Shown here: piece by piece, positions 1 through 10,264 of the stretch
Numbering within the stretch: position 1 is the first letter of the stretch
How the letters are laid out: the number at the start of each line of letters is the position of its first letter
NCBI RefSeq assembly: GCF_039596455.1
Contig: NZ_JBCNJR010000008.1
Location: forward strand, 25,508-89,507
Source: Chitinophaga sp.
GTDB lineage: Bacteria > Bacteroidota > Bacteroidia > Chitinophagales > Chitinophagaceae
Length of the DNA: 64,000 nucleotides
Reading direction: 5' to 3'
Program-made: the position numbers and the translations under genes
The notes under the pieces: model-generated
The model's input: the letters and a program-made list of their open reading frames with translations, nothing else
Database searches by the model: none
Told to the model about the DNA's origin: nothing

Positions 1-1
1 T

Positions 2-2236
2 CCCATCTTCCACCCCAGCAAGAACTGGATAGACGAGATGATCAAACCGTTCTCCTTCCAGCAGAACTATAATGCAAACGTTTCCGGCGGTACGGAAAAG
101 CTGCGGTACTTCACCTCCCTGGGCTATTTCAGCCAGAGCGGCGGTTACCACCAGCCGGAGCAGAGCTTCGGCTTTCCGTACAAACATAAATATGACAAGT
201 ACAACATCCGGATGAACTTTGATTTCAACCCGGTAAAAGACCTCACCATTTCCGTGCGGCTGGGCAACCAGATCACGGATAACTACATTCCCAACGGCGG
301 CGCCTGGGGCGCGTTTGACAAGGCGGCCAACCTGCCGCCCATGACCAGCCCCGGTTTTGTGGAAGGGAAATACATAGAAAGAATTATGGGCCTGCCCTCC
401 GGCGTGCCCAACTTCAACCCCTGGGGACAGGCCGGCCCCACCAGCACCGGCGGCGCCTTTGTAACGGAAGATTATTCCAGCACGCTCAATACCAACCTGG
501 TGATCAACTATGACCTGGGCCGCTTTGTAAAAGGCCTGTCTGTACGGGCCACCGGCGCGTATGACAGCTACTATATGAAAAGCGCGCGGCGCACCAAGCT
601 CTTCCCGGCGTACACCATCATGAAAGATCCGAATGATCCTTCCAAATACATCATGTACCAAAGCTCGGACACCGGGCCGTTCCAGGGCCTGAGCGAAGGC
701 GTTTCTGACAACAATAAATGGCGCAAGATGTACACGGAAGCGGCTATTGACTATAAACGCACTTTCGGCAAACATACCGTAACAGGCCTTGCACTGGGCA
801 ACTTTGAGTACGGCTATTACCCCAACATGGCGTTCAAGCTGCCCACCGGTTACCTGGGGGTGGTAGGGCGTGTTACTTATGACTATGCCAACCGTTACAT
901 GGCGGAGATCAATGCAGGTTACAATGGTTCGGAAAACTTCATGGAAGGCAAACGTTTCGGTTTCTTCCCGGCGTTCTCCCTGGGCTGGACGGTAACGGAA
1001 GAGCCCTGGATGCCTAAAAACAAAGTGCTCACTTTCCTGAAGTTCAGGGGCTCTTACGGCGAAGTGGGGAATGACAAGATAGGCTTTGACCGGTACCTCT
1101 ACCTGGACGGCCCGTACACACTTACCAACGGAGATTTTCAGGCCGTGGTATTTGGAGAGGCCGGCTCTAACATGGCCCGCTACAACATGTACCGGGAGGG
1201 TAAGCTGGGTAATCCTGACGTGACCTGGGAACGTGCCCGTAAAATGGACCTCGGCGCTGAAATGCGTTTCTTCTCAGACCGCCTTTCTTTCACCGGCGAC
1301 TACTTCACTGAAAAAAGGAATAACATCTTATGGCGGCTCAACACTGTTCCGGAACTGGTATCTGCAGATCTGCCCGCCGCCAACATCGGCAAGGTGGAGA
1401 ACAAAGGTTACGAGCTGGAGCTGGGCTGGAAAGATCATGTGGGCAAACTGGACTACTGGGTGAAAGGCGCTTACTCCGTTGCCAAAAACAAGATCATTTA
1501 CCAGGATGAGGCTACCAACCTGCCGCATGAGTACCTGCGGCGCACCGGCCGCCCCCTGAGCCAGTACTTCGGCCTGGTCTTCGAAGGGTTTTACAATACA
1601 CAGGAAGAGATAGATGACCCCAAGCGCCCCAAATCAGATTGGGAAGGCGCGGGCCTGAAGCCGGGAGACATGAAATATAAAGACCTGAACGGCGATGGCC
1701 GCATCACCGTGAACGATATGGGCCCGGTGGGCTATTCCAACTGGCCGGAAGTGACCTACAGCGTATCTGCAGGCGCCGCCTGGAAAGGGTTTGACATGTC
1801 CGTACTGTTCCAGGGAACAGACAGGGTATCTGTGAGCTTTGCTTCCGCCGCCGCCTATCCCTTCACGGCTGAATGGGGCTCTGCGCAAAAGTGGCACCTG
1901 GAGCGGTGGACGCCGGAGCGCTATGCCGCAGGGGAGAAGATCAGCTTCCCCCGCGTGGAGCTGTCTCCAGACAAACAGCACAACTACCAGGCCTCCAGCT
2001 TCTGGATACAGGACGCTTCTTATGTACGCCTCAAAAACCTGGAGCTGGGCTACCGCTTCAGCTCCAGGGCGCTGCAACGCATCGGCTTAAAATCCATGCG
2101 CGTGTACATGAGCGGCAACAACCTGATTACCTGGACGAACATGAAATACGCCAAAGACCCCGATGCGCGGGAACTGTGGGGGAGGGTATACCCTTCCATG
2201 CGGGTGTATAACGGCGGCGTAAACTTTCAATTTTAA
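2..2236 (+). CDS. susC: SusC/RagA TonB-dependent transporter (5'-truncated by window edge)
   Basis: Frame is open from base 2 (PIFHPSKNWIDEMIKP...). SusC motifs GYNGSENF, FGFFPAFSLGW, LKFRGSYGEVGND, KYKDLNGDG; C-terminal barrel strand ends NFQF; followed by SusD. Confidence 0.95.
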   Translation, partial: PIFHPSKNWIDEMIKPFSFQQNYNANVSGGTEKLRYFTSLGYFSQSGGYHQPEQSFGFPYKHKYDKYNIRMNFDFNPVKDLTISVRLGNQITDNYIPNGGAWGAFDKAANLPPMTSPGFVEGKYIERIMGLPSGVPNFNPWGQAGPTSTGGAFVTEDYSSTLNTNLVINYDLGRFVKGLSVRATGAYDSYYMKSARRTKLFPAYTIMKDPNDPSKYIMYQSSDTGPFQGLSEGVSDNNKWRKMYTEAAIDYKRTFGKHTVTGLALGNFEYGYYPNMAFKLPTGYLGVVGRVTYDYANRYMAEINAGYNGSENFMEGKRFGFFPAFSLGWTVTEEPWMPKNKVLTFLKFRGSYGEVGNDKIGFDRYLYLDGPYTLTNGDFQAVVFGEAGSNMARYNMYREGKLGNPDVTWERARKMDLGAEMRFFSDRLSFTGDYFTEKRNNILWRLNTVPELVSADLPAANIGKVENKGYELELGWKDHVGKLDYWVKGAYSVAKNKIIYQDEATNLPHEYLRRTGRPLSQYFGLVFEGFYNTQEEIDDPKRPKSDWEGAGLKPGDMKYKDLNGDGRITVNDMGPVGYSNWPEVTYSVSAGAAWKGFDMSVLFQGTDRVSVSFASAAAYPFTAEWGSAQKWHLERWTPERYAAGEKISFPRVELSPDKQHNYQASSFWIQDASYVRLKNLELGYRFSSRALQRIGLKSMRVYMSGNNLITWTNMKYAKDPDARELWGRVYPSMRVYNGGVNFQF

Positions 2237-2256
2237 AGAACCTGAACTTACCTGAT

Positions 2257-4029
2257 ATGCGAAGGAATGTATTTTTAAAAGGCAGCCTGGTAGTGGTACT
2301 CACCCTGTTGTTCACAGCCTGCAAAAAACTGGAGAAGCCGGTGAGCAGCGAGGTAACGCTCAAAGAGGTGTTCGGCTCCAAAGACAAGGCGGAGCAGTTT
2401 CTCTGGAACGTGTACAGCACCTGTTCCATATTCGAATTTCCGTATTACTGGAACTCTACCAGCAGCGGCTATTACCACTACGGCGCTACATACACCATAC
2501 TGGCAGCAGCGTGTGACGAGGCAGACGCTTACGCCAACTACACCGGCGCCGAAGCCTTCAACAAAGGAAACTGGGGGCCCTCTGATATTTACTGGTACGA
2601 GTTCCGTAGCGAGTTTTGCTATAAAGGCATCCGCAACGCCAACATCTTTATAGAGAACATAGACCAGTCTCCTTTCTCAGACCAGGAAAAGGCCGCCATG
2701 AAAGCGGAGGCCATTTTCCTGCGTGCGCTGATGCACTTTGACCTGATGCAGCGCCTCGGCGGTGTGGCCATTGTAGACAAAGTGCTGAAAGTAAGCTCTG
2801 CGGAAGATATTCCTGAAGTGACCATTCCCCGCAGCACCTTTGCGGAAACAGTAGACTTCATTGTAAAAAGCTGTGACGATGCGGCTAAAGACCTGCCTAA
2901 CGTGTATGAGAGCCGCTTCCGCGGCCGCATCGTGAAAGGCGCCGCCCTGGCGCTGAAGGCCAGAACGCTGCTGTACGCCGCCAGCCCGCTGTATAATTCC
3001 GGCGAGCCGTACGTGCCGGTATCAGACCCCGCCCTGCGCGCCATGGTAGGGTATACAGACGGGTATAAAGAAGACCGCTGGCGCCTGGCCGCAGAGGCCA
3101 GCAAGGCGGTGCTGGACTGGGCTAAAACGGAAAGCGGCTGGTGTGGCCTGTACATGGGCAAAAACAATCCGGTAGACCGTTATGAAGAGATCTTCATCAA
3201 TCCCAATAATAACGAGATCATACTCGATGCGGGCCTGATGGGCACCAATACCAACAACTACTTTGTACGTTTCCTGACACCCGGCATGGTGGTGTACGGC
3301 GGTACAGACCCCGTGAACGTAGGCATCACCTTCAACTTCACCAGGTTCTACCAGAAAGCGGACGGTACGGACCAGGTGTGGAATGAAACACCGGGCACGG
3401 CCTATCCCTACTCGGAGTACCAGCGGAAGCTGGGCGAGCTGGAGCCGCGCTTCCAGGCGTCGGTGTTCCAGTCCGGCACCGAATGGTCTCGCGGTACCAA
3501 CGTTCGTTATCATTTCTACGAGCATGCCGCCCGCCAGCTGGACCGCTACAACGGCGTAGGTTTCCTGCGCAAGTTCGTAAAGGGCGTATCCAACAACTCC
3601 AGCCCGGCGCCGCGCTGGATCACTTTCCGCCTGGCGGAGTTTTACCTCAACTATGCGGAAGCGCTGAACGAGATCAACGGCTCCTCTTCTGAAATCACCT
3701 GGGCGCTGAACGAAGTGCGCAGCAGGGTGAACATGCCTGGCATTGCCTACACCGGCCAGGCAGAGATGCGGGAGAAGATACGCCGGGAAAGGGCGGTAGA
3801 GCTGGCCTTTGAGCAGCACCGTTACTTTGACGTACGCCGCTGGAAAATTGCAGGGCAGGAGGGCGTGATGAAAGGCGGCATGTGGGGCCTCAAGCTGGCC
3901 GGTGGCGCCAACCCCACCTACACGCTGCAGAAGTTTGAAGACCGGGCCTGGGAAGATAAAATGTACCTGTACCCCTTCCGCGTGAGCGAGACCAACCTGG
4001 GATACATTGTACAAAACCCCGGATGGTAA
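2257..4029 (+). CDS. susD: SusD/RagB glycan-binding lipoprotein
   Basis: Lipobox LFTAC; ALALKARTLLYAASP, FRLAEFYLNYAEA, RERAVELAFEQHRYFDVRRW; ends QNPGW. Confidence 0.95.
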   Translation: MRRNVFLKGSLVVVLTLLFTACKKLEKPVSSEVTLKEVFGSKDKAEQFLWNVYSTCSIFEFPYYWNSTSSGYYHYGATYTILAAACDEADAYANYTGAEAFNKGNWGPSDIYWYEFRSEFCYKGIRNANIFIENIDQSPFSDQEKAAMKAEAIFLRALMHFDLMQRLGGVAIVDKVLKVSSAEDIPEVTIPRSTFAETVDFIVKSCDDAAKDLPNVYESRFRGRIVKGAALALKARTLLYAASPLYNSGEPYVPVSDPALRAMVGYTDGYKEDRWRLAAEASKAVLDWAKTESGWCGLYMGKNNPVDRYEEIFINPNNNEIILDAGLMGTNTNNYFVRFLTPGMVVYGGTDPVNVGITFNFTRFYQKADGTDQVWNETPGTAYPYSEYQRKLGELEPRFQASVFQSGTEWSRGTNVRYHFYEHAARQLDRYNGVGFLRKFVKGVSNNSSPAPRWITFRLAEFYLNYAEALNEINGSSSEITWALNEVRSRVNMPGIAYTGQAEMREKIRRERAVELAFEQHRYFDVRRWKIAGQEGVMKGGMWGLKLAGGANPTYTLQKFEDRAWEDKMYLYPFRVSETNLGYIVQNPGW

Positions 4030-4074
4030 GGCCATGCAAAAACAGCTATTTGTTTTTATTCAACAACCACAGTC

Positions 4075-6879
4075 ATGAAAGTTCAACCGCATAAACATAT
4101 ACTTCCCGCCGCCGCGCTGCTGCTCTCCCTGGCCGCATGGCCGGGCACGGCAGCCGCACAGTCTGCCCCCGCGCAAGACTCGCTGCAACGGCTGGCTTAC
4201 GGCTCCCAGCCCAAAGACCAGGTAACCGTTTCCGCTGCCTCTGTGAGCGGCGCGGAGCTGCGCAAAACGCATACCACCAGCCTCTCCAATACCCTCATAG
4301 GCCGCCTGCCAGGCCTCGCCATCATGAACAACGGCGGGGAGCCGGGCTTTGACGACCCGGACGTTTTCATCCGCGGCCGCCATACTACCGGCAACAACGG
4401 CCAGCTGGTGCTGGTAGACGGCATCCAGATCAACAGCCTCAGCTATCTTTCCGTAGATGAAATTGAAAGCGTAACGGTGTTGAAAGATGCCGCCGCGCTG
4501 GCCCTCTTCGGCGCCAAAGCGGCCAACGGCGCCCTGCTGGTTACCACCCGCAGGGGCAGCAAAAGCAAAAAGGTCAACATCGGCTTCAACGCCCGCTACG
4601 GCTTCCAGGCGCCTACCGTTATGCCCAAGCTGGCAGGCTCTTACGATTATGCCAGGCTGCATAACGAAGCCCGGCAGAATGACGGGCTGGCGCCGCTCTA
4701 TACCCAGCAAGACCTTGACGGTTACAGGGCCGGCACAGACCCTTACCTGTACCCCAATGTGAACTGGTATGATGAGGTGCTGCGCAAAAGCTCGCCCCTG
4801 CATGATTACAGCCTCACCTTTGACGGCGGCGGCGAAACGGCCCGGTACTTTGTGATGCTGGGGTATATGAACAACCAGGGCCTCTACGCCGGTACAGACG
4901 GGAAGAACAACGCCAACATCCAGTTTCAGCGCATCAACTTCAGGGCCAACGTAGACCTGAACATCACCAAAAGCCTTACCGTACAGGCAGGCCTGGGCGG
5001 CAATATGCAAGACAGGAAGTTTCCGCCCATCAGCACGGCAGACATGTGGCGCAACATGGTGACCTACGCGCCCAACCTCTACCCGGTGAGAACGCCTGAG
5101 GGCAAGATCACCGGCAGCGCCAACTACCCCAACAACCCGGTGGGTTATTTGCTGGAGAAAGGCTACCAGAGCCGGCATGACAGGAACATCCAATCTACCG
5201 TGCGCGTTACCCAAAAGCTGGACGTGATCACGCCCGGCCTGGAAATATTCGGCGCCATGATGTTTGACAACGAGTTCAACGGCCGGTATGACAAGCTGCG
5301 CAATTACGCCTACTATGAACCCATCCGCACCACCGGCCCTGACGGGCTGCCGCAGGTGAGCTTCCTGGAACGCGGGCTGAATACAGACCTCACCGTTACC
5401 ACGGGCAACGACTACGAGAACAACCGCATCATCTTCAACGGCGGCCTCAACTATAACCGCCGCTTCAACCAGCACGGGCTGGCCGCCATGGTGATGTTCC
5501 AGCGGGATAAATATACCGTGCTCAACAACCAGAGCGCTTTTGCCATGGAGAACCTGGCCGGCAGAATTTCTTATGACTACCAGCAGAAATACCTGGCGGA
5601 ATTTTCATTCTCCTACAGCGGCCTGGAAAACTATCCTCCCGGCCGCCGCTTCGGGTTTTTCCCCGCGCTGTCTGCCGGATGGCTGCTGCACAAGGAAGAT
5701 TTCCTGCAAAACAGCCGCACCATCAGCTACCTCAAGCTGCGCGCCTCCGCCGGGCTGGTGGGGAATGACAGGGGAGCGTCCCGCTTTGCTTACAACCAGT
5801 ATTGGGGAGAGCAGTCCAGCCAGGGTTATTACTTCGGCACGGGTACTTCCTTTTCCCCGGCCTTTGTGCAGCTGGGCATGGCCAACCCCAACATTACCTG
5901 GGAGAAAGGCCTGATCTACAACTTCGGCGCAGATGCGGCTTTCCTGCAAAACAAACTCAGCCTTACGCTGGACGTGTTCCGCGAAAACCGGTATGATATA
6001 CTCGTGAACATGGGCAACGTGATACCCGGCCTGGCGGGCATTCCCACCGCGGCCATGGAGAACAGGGGCAAGGTGCTCAACTACGGTACGGAAGTATCTG
6101 CCACCTGGAAAGACAAGGCCGGCAGCGTGAACTACTTTGCGGGCGGCCAGTTTTCCTTTGCCCGCAACAAAGTGACCGAAGCGTACGATGTACCGCGCAA
6201 GGAAGCCTACGCTTCCCGGCAAAACCAGCCGGTGGCGCAATACTTCGGCCTGGAGGCGCTGGGCTTTTTCAAGAACGAGAGCGACATTGCTTCCAGTCCC
6301 ACGCAAACTTTCTCCAACGTACGCCCCGGAGACATCAAGTATAAAGACCAGAATAACGACGGCATTATAGACATCAATGACGAAGTGCCCCTGGGCCGCC
6401 ACAGCTACCCGGAGATCAACTTCTCCTTCAACGCCGGCGTGGAATACAAAGGCTTCAACCTGGAACTGTTCTTCCAGGGTATGGCCAACAGAACTATTTA
6501 CATGGAAGGTTACCTGTTCCAGCCCTTTGCCAACGGCGCCAACATTACCGACTGGTACATGGAAAACCGCTGGACGCCGGAACGCCACGCCGTGGCCACT
6601 GCGCCGCGCCTGACCACGGAGCCTAACCCGAACAACTACCGCGCGTCAGACTTCTGGTTCCGCTCCGGTTCTTTCCTGCGGCTGAGAAACGTGGAGCTGG
6701 GCTATACGTTCCCCAAACACATGCTCCGCAAGCTGCACATGCAAAACCTGCGCATATTCGTGAGCGGGCTGAACCTGCTGAGCTGGGATAACCTGGATGC
6801 GAACATAGACCCGGAAACGCTCAGCATAGGCTACCCGGTGCTCAAAACATATACAACAGGCCTAAGCGTCAATTTCTAG
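4075..6879 (+). CDS. susC: second SusC/RagA TonB-dependent transporter (short N-terminus)
   Basis: Signal peptide; plug motifs LIGRLPGL and LKDAAALALFGAKAANGALLVTTRRG; FGFFPALSAGW, KYKDQNNDG; ends SVNF. Confidence 0.95.
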   Translation: MKVQPHKHILPAAALLLSLAAWPGTAAAQSAPAQDSLQRLAYGSQPKDQVTVSAASVSGAELRKTHTTSLSNTLIGRLPGLAIMNNGGEPGFDDPDVFIRGRHTTGNNGQLVLVDGIQINSLSYLSVDEIESVTVLKDAAALALFGAKAANGALLVTTRRGSKSKKVNIGFNARYGFQAPTVMPKLAGSYDYARLHNEARQNDGLAPLYTQQDLDGYRAGTDPYLYPNVNWYDEVLRKSSPLHDYSLTFDGGGETARYFVMLGYMNNQGLYAGTDGKNNANIQFQRINFRANVDLNITKSLTVQAGLGGNMQDRKFPPISTADMWRNMVTYAPNLYPVRTPEGKITGSANYPNNPVGYLLEKGYQSRHDRNIQSTVRVTQKLDVITPGLEIFGAMMFDNEFNGRYDKLRNYAYYEPIRTTGPDGLPQVSFLERGLNTDLTVTTGNDYENNRIIFNGGLNYNRRFNQHGLAAMVMFQRDKYTVLNNQSAFAMENLAGRISYDYQQKYLAEFSFSYSGLENYPPGRRFGFFPALSAGWLLHKEDFLQNSRTISYLKLRASAGLVGNDRGASRFAYNQYWGEQSSQGYYFGTGTSFSPAFVQLGMANPNITWEKGLIYNFGADAAFLQNKLSLTLDVFRENRYDILVNMGNVIPGLAGIPTAAMENRGKVLNYGTEVSATWKDKAGSVNYFAGGQFSFARNKVTEAYDVPRKEAYASRQNQPVAQYFGLEALGFFKNESDIASSPTQTFSNVRPGDIKYKDQNNDGIIDINDEVPLGRHSYPEINFSFNAGVEYKGFNLELFFQGMANRTIYMEGYLFQPFANGANITDWYMENRWTPERHAVATAPRLTTEPNPNNYRASDFWFRSGSFLRLRNVELGYTFPKHMLRKLHMQNLRIFVSGLNLLSWDNLDANIDPETLSIGYPVLKTYTTGLSVNF

Positions 6880-6904
6880 AACCGTGGACTTTAAAAGATA
6901 TATC

Positions 6905-8614
6905 ATGAAACTTTCACAACTTATATCAGGGCTCATCTTGCTGCTGGCCATGCTCACGGGGTGCAGCAAAAACTTCCTGGAAAGGGAAATACCCGTCAAC
7001 TACAGCGAAGACGAGATATTTGTGAGTTACGAACGCATGAGCAAGGTAGGCTACGGTGTGTATACCTTCCTGTTCAACCGCTTCGGCTTTCACCGTATAG
7101 ACAATGCCATGCTGGCCTCCGCCAGTGATGAGGCAGACCATGCGGACGTGAACTCTTCCATTCAGCGGTTCAACATGGGCACCTGGAATGCCGCTTCCAA
7201 CCCGGAAGACTGCTGGGCGTATTTCTACCAGGGCATCCGCCGCGCCAACCTCTTCCTCCAGAACTCTGAAGATTACAAGAACATCATTTTCCGGGATACT
7301 ATAGACGTGGCCAACAAAGCCAAATACGAGTACAACGTGCGTGACATAGAATGGCTGCGTGCGGAAGTGCGCTTCCTCCGCGCGTTCTATCACTTTGAGC
7401 TGGTGAAGCGCTACGGCGGCGTGCCCATTATGGAGAAGGCCACTACCGATGTAGCCGAGCTGCAGGCCATGACGCGCAAGAGCTTTGATGAATGTGTGGA
7501 ATATATTGTGAGCGAGTGTGACGCCGTGCTGCCCCTGCTGAAAGAGACCTGGGTAGGCTTTGACTCCGAGAAGTGGCGCGGCCGCGTTACCCGCGGCGCG
7601 GCGCTGGCCCTGAAGGCCCGCCTGCTGCTGTATGCCGCCAGCCCGCTCCACAACCCGTCTAACGACGTGGCTAAATGGAGAAAGGCCGCACAAGCCGCTC
7701 ATGATGTGATTGCCCTCAACCGCTACTCCCTGCACAGCAATTACAAAGACCTGTTCAGGCTGGGCAACGGCGCAGACGGCAACGCCGAAGTGATCTTTGC
7801 GCAGCATGGCTGGTCAAGGAACGACTTCGAGATGTACAACTATCCCATCGGGTACGACCAGGGCGGCCGTGGCAGCACATCGCCCAGCCAGAACCTGGTA
7901 GACGCCTACGAGATGAAAGCCACCGGCCAGCCTATTGGCGAGCCCGGCTCAGGCTATGACCCTGCCAATCCCTATACCGGCCGGGACCCGCGCCTGGCCC
8001 TGTCTATCCTGACCAACAACACCACCTTTAAAAACAGGCCGGTGGAGAGCTGGGTAGGCGGGCTGGACGGTCTCGGCAAGCCCCGCGCCACTACCACCGG
8101 CTACTACCTCCGCAAGTTTGTGGACGAAGGCCTGAACCTGGCGCAGAACCAGTCCAGCATGCACACCTGGATACTGTTCCGCTACGCGGAAGTGCTGCTG
8201 AACTACGCAGAGGCCATGAACGAAGCTTACGGCCCTGAAACCACCGGCGGCATGACGCTCACCGCCAAAAAAGCGGTAGACATGGTGCGCGCCCGCGCCG
8301 GCATACAGATGCCGCCGCTGCCGCCCGGCCTTTCACAAGCTGAAATGCGCGAGCGCATCCGCAACGAGCGCCGGGTAGAGCTGGCCTTTGAAGAGCACCG
8401 TTTCTTTGACGTGCGCCGCTGGAAAATAGCCATGCAAACGGAAAACAAACCCGTAATGGCCATGAGCATTACCCGCAACGCCAATAATACGTTCAGCTAC
8501 CAGGTCATAAAAGCAGAAGACAGGCAATTTACCGAACGCATGTACCTGTATCCCATCCCGGAAGTGGAGGTGTTGAAAAGCAATGGCAACATCACACAGA
8601 ACCCGGGCTGGTAA
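6905..8614 (+). CDS. susD: second SusD/RagB lipoprotein
   Basis: ATG at 6905 gives signal peptide with lipobox LTGC; ALALKARLLLYAASP, RYAEVLLNYAEA, ERRVELAFEEHRFFDVRRW; ends QNPGW. Confidence 0.95.
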   Translation: MKLSQLISGLILLLAMLTGCSKNFLEREIPVNYSEDEIFVSYERMSKVGYGVYTFLFNRFGFHRIDNAMLASASDEADHADVNSSIQRFNMGTWNAASNPEDCWAYFYQGIRRANLFLQNSEDYKNIIFRDTIDVANKAKYEYNVRDIEWLRAEVRFLRAFYHFELVKRYGGVPIMEKATTDVAELQAMTRKSFDECVEYIVSECDAVLPLLKETWVGFDSEKWRGRVTRGAALALKARLLLYAASPLHNPSNDVAKWRKAAQAAHDVIALNRYSLHSNYKDLFRLGNGADGNAEVIFAQHGWSRNDFEMYNYPIGYDQGGRGSTSPSQNLVDAYEMKATGQPIGEPGSGYDPANPYTGRDPRLALSILTNNTTFKNRPVESWVGGLDGLGKPRATTTGYYLRKFVDEGLNLAQNQSSMHTWILFRYAEVLLNYAEAMNEAYGPETTGGMTLTAKKAVDMVRARAGIQMPPLPPGLSQAEMRERIRNERRVELAFEEHRFFDVRRWKIAMQTENKPVMAMSITRNANNTFSYQVIKAEDRQFTERMYLYPIPEVEVLKSNGNITQNPGW

Positions 8615-8650
8615 CAATATTTCAGTATTGATGCTTTCAAATTAGTACGA

Positions 8651-10240
8651 ATGAAAAACACAATTCTAAAATTTTCGGCAGCAGCGGCAGTGGTATTACT
8701 GGCCGCTTGCGCCAAGGTACGCCTGTTCCCCGATACTGTTTCAGACAAAGTGCCCCAGCTGAAAGAGGCCGCCGCGCAGTTCCTGTGGATAGGCCCTGAA
8801 TACAAGCTGGCGCTGCAGGCCAAACTGGAAGACGGTGAAGGTATCAGCAAGGTGAGGATCAAGAACGGCGAGTGGGAAATTGATTCCGTGCTCACCGTGA
8901 ACAACCAGCAGTCTTTCACCATCAACGATACCTTCCTGGTAGTGAAAGACGTGAACGCCACCAAACACATTGTGGAGCTGACCATTACCAACAGCAAAGG
9001 CGGCGTGGTAAAAACGAACATAAACGTGGAAGACCTTTCCGCGGAAAACCAGATACCCGGCTACAGTCCTGACCTGGTGCCGCCCGCCATCACCGTTACC
9101 AAGCCCACCGTTACCAAATACCTGGGCTTCAGCAACGATGCCATCAACCTGGACGTGGAGGCGGATATCAAAGACTCGAAGATCGCTTCTGTGGAAGTAA
9201 GGGTATGGGGCGAAACGGCCGCCGGCGAGCCGCTGCTGGTGGAAGACGTGAAAAAGCCCGCTAATGCAGATGAGGAAAAGAATTTCAAATATGCCAGAAC
9301 GTTCTCCCTGCCCGCCGGTAAAGTAGGCGAGTACCAGTACGTGGTAAGATCTACCGATGCCGCCGGCAACAAATCAGTGAAAGGCGGTACCATTACCGTG
9401 GGGTACATAGACAGGCTGTACCTTTCGGACGCCGAAACTGAGGCCGAGGTGTTGAACCAGGGCTTTGACCACTATGGCAACGCCCGCGGCATCGGTACCC
9501 TTCTTTCCATGAAAAAGCAGGGCGCCAATACTTTTGAAGCGGATTTCTACTACCGCAATGAAGCCACGGACAATATCCGCTTTGTGGCCTTCCTGGGTAC
9601 AGACATGCCCTTCATCACCAACCAGAGCAAGGTGAACTACACCCTCACAGGCCCCAACGTGGTGGCCATGAGCGCCACGGAGTCAGGCAAGATCACCACC
9701 AGCCTGGCCGCGGCCGGCTTCAAGCTGCCCGTTAGCCAGAAAGGGTATTATAAAGTGACGGTAGACATGACGGCCCGCACCGTGAAGGTCACTTCTTTCA
9801 CGCCGCCCGCGCCCGCAGACGCTACCAAATACCCCGGCTGGACGGCCGCCAACCCCTGGGCTTACCTGGCCGTAACCGGCGCTTCCGTGGTAGGTACGGC
9901 CGGATGGACGGAGGTAGCCACTTCACCCAAGCTCAACAAGGAGGCCAACCATGCGTACCTCTACACCGGTACGTTCAAAACACAGGGCAACTCGGAGAAT
10001 ATCAGCTTTAACGCGCCCCTGGCCGCCAACACTGATGTGTGGGGCAAAGGCTGGTTCAGGATGGTTGCCGCCCGCGCCAATATGAAAGACGATTACGGCA
10101 GCCTGATCACCAAAGTGGGGCCGGTAGGCGCCAGCGGCGGCGGGGCCAACTGGGGCTTCTCCCTGGCACAGGCAGGCACCTTCAAAGTGACGTACGATAT
10201 TGTTTTGCAGAGAATGAGAGCAGTCAGAACCGGCAACTAG
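8651..10240 (+). CDS. SusE/SusF-like surface glycan-binding lipoprotein
   Basis: Lipobox LAAC; Ig-like beta-rich N-half; two GxY/FKVTxD motifs (KGYYKVTVD, AGTFKVTYD) typical of SusE/F carbohydrate-binding modules; directly after susD. Confidence 0.7.
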   Translation: MKNTILKFSAAAAVVLLAACAKVRLFPDTVSDKVPQLKEAAAQFLWIGPEYKLALQAKLEDGEGISKVRIKNGEWEIDSVLTVNNQQSFTINDTFLVVKDVNATKHIVELTITNSKGGVVKTNINVEDLSAENQIPGYSPDLVPPAITVTKPTVTKYLGFSNDAINLDVEADIKDSKIASVEVRVWGETAAGEPLLVEDVKKPANADEEKNFKYARTFSLPAGKVGEYQYVVRSTDAAGNKSVKGGTITVGYIDRLYLSDAETEAEVLNQGFDHYGNARGIGTLLSMKKQGANTFEADFYYRNEATDNIRFVAFLGTDMPFITNQSKVNYTLTGPNVVAMSATESGKITTSLAAAGFKLPVSQKGYYKVTVDMTARTVKVTSFTPPAPADATKYPGWTAANPWAYLAVTGASVVGTAGWTEVATSPKLNKEANHAYLYTGTFKTQGNSENISFNAPLAANTDVWGKGWFRMVAARANMKDDYGSLITKVGPVGASGGGANWGFSLAQAGTFKVTYDIVLQRMRAVRTGN

Positions 10241-10264
10241 CGCCAATAACTTTCTAAAAATATC

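Noticed and set aside
3022-6588. Long minus-strand ORFs (337, 471, 327 aa) opposite susC/susD
   Set aside because: Typical stop-poor antisense frames of high-GC3 genes; fully overlap confident CDSs.
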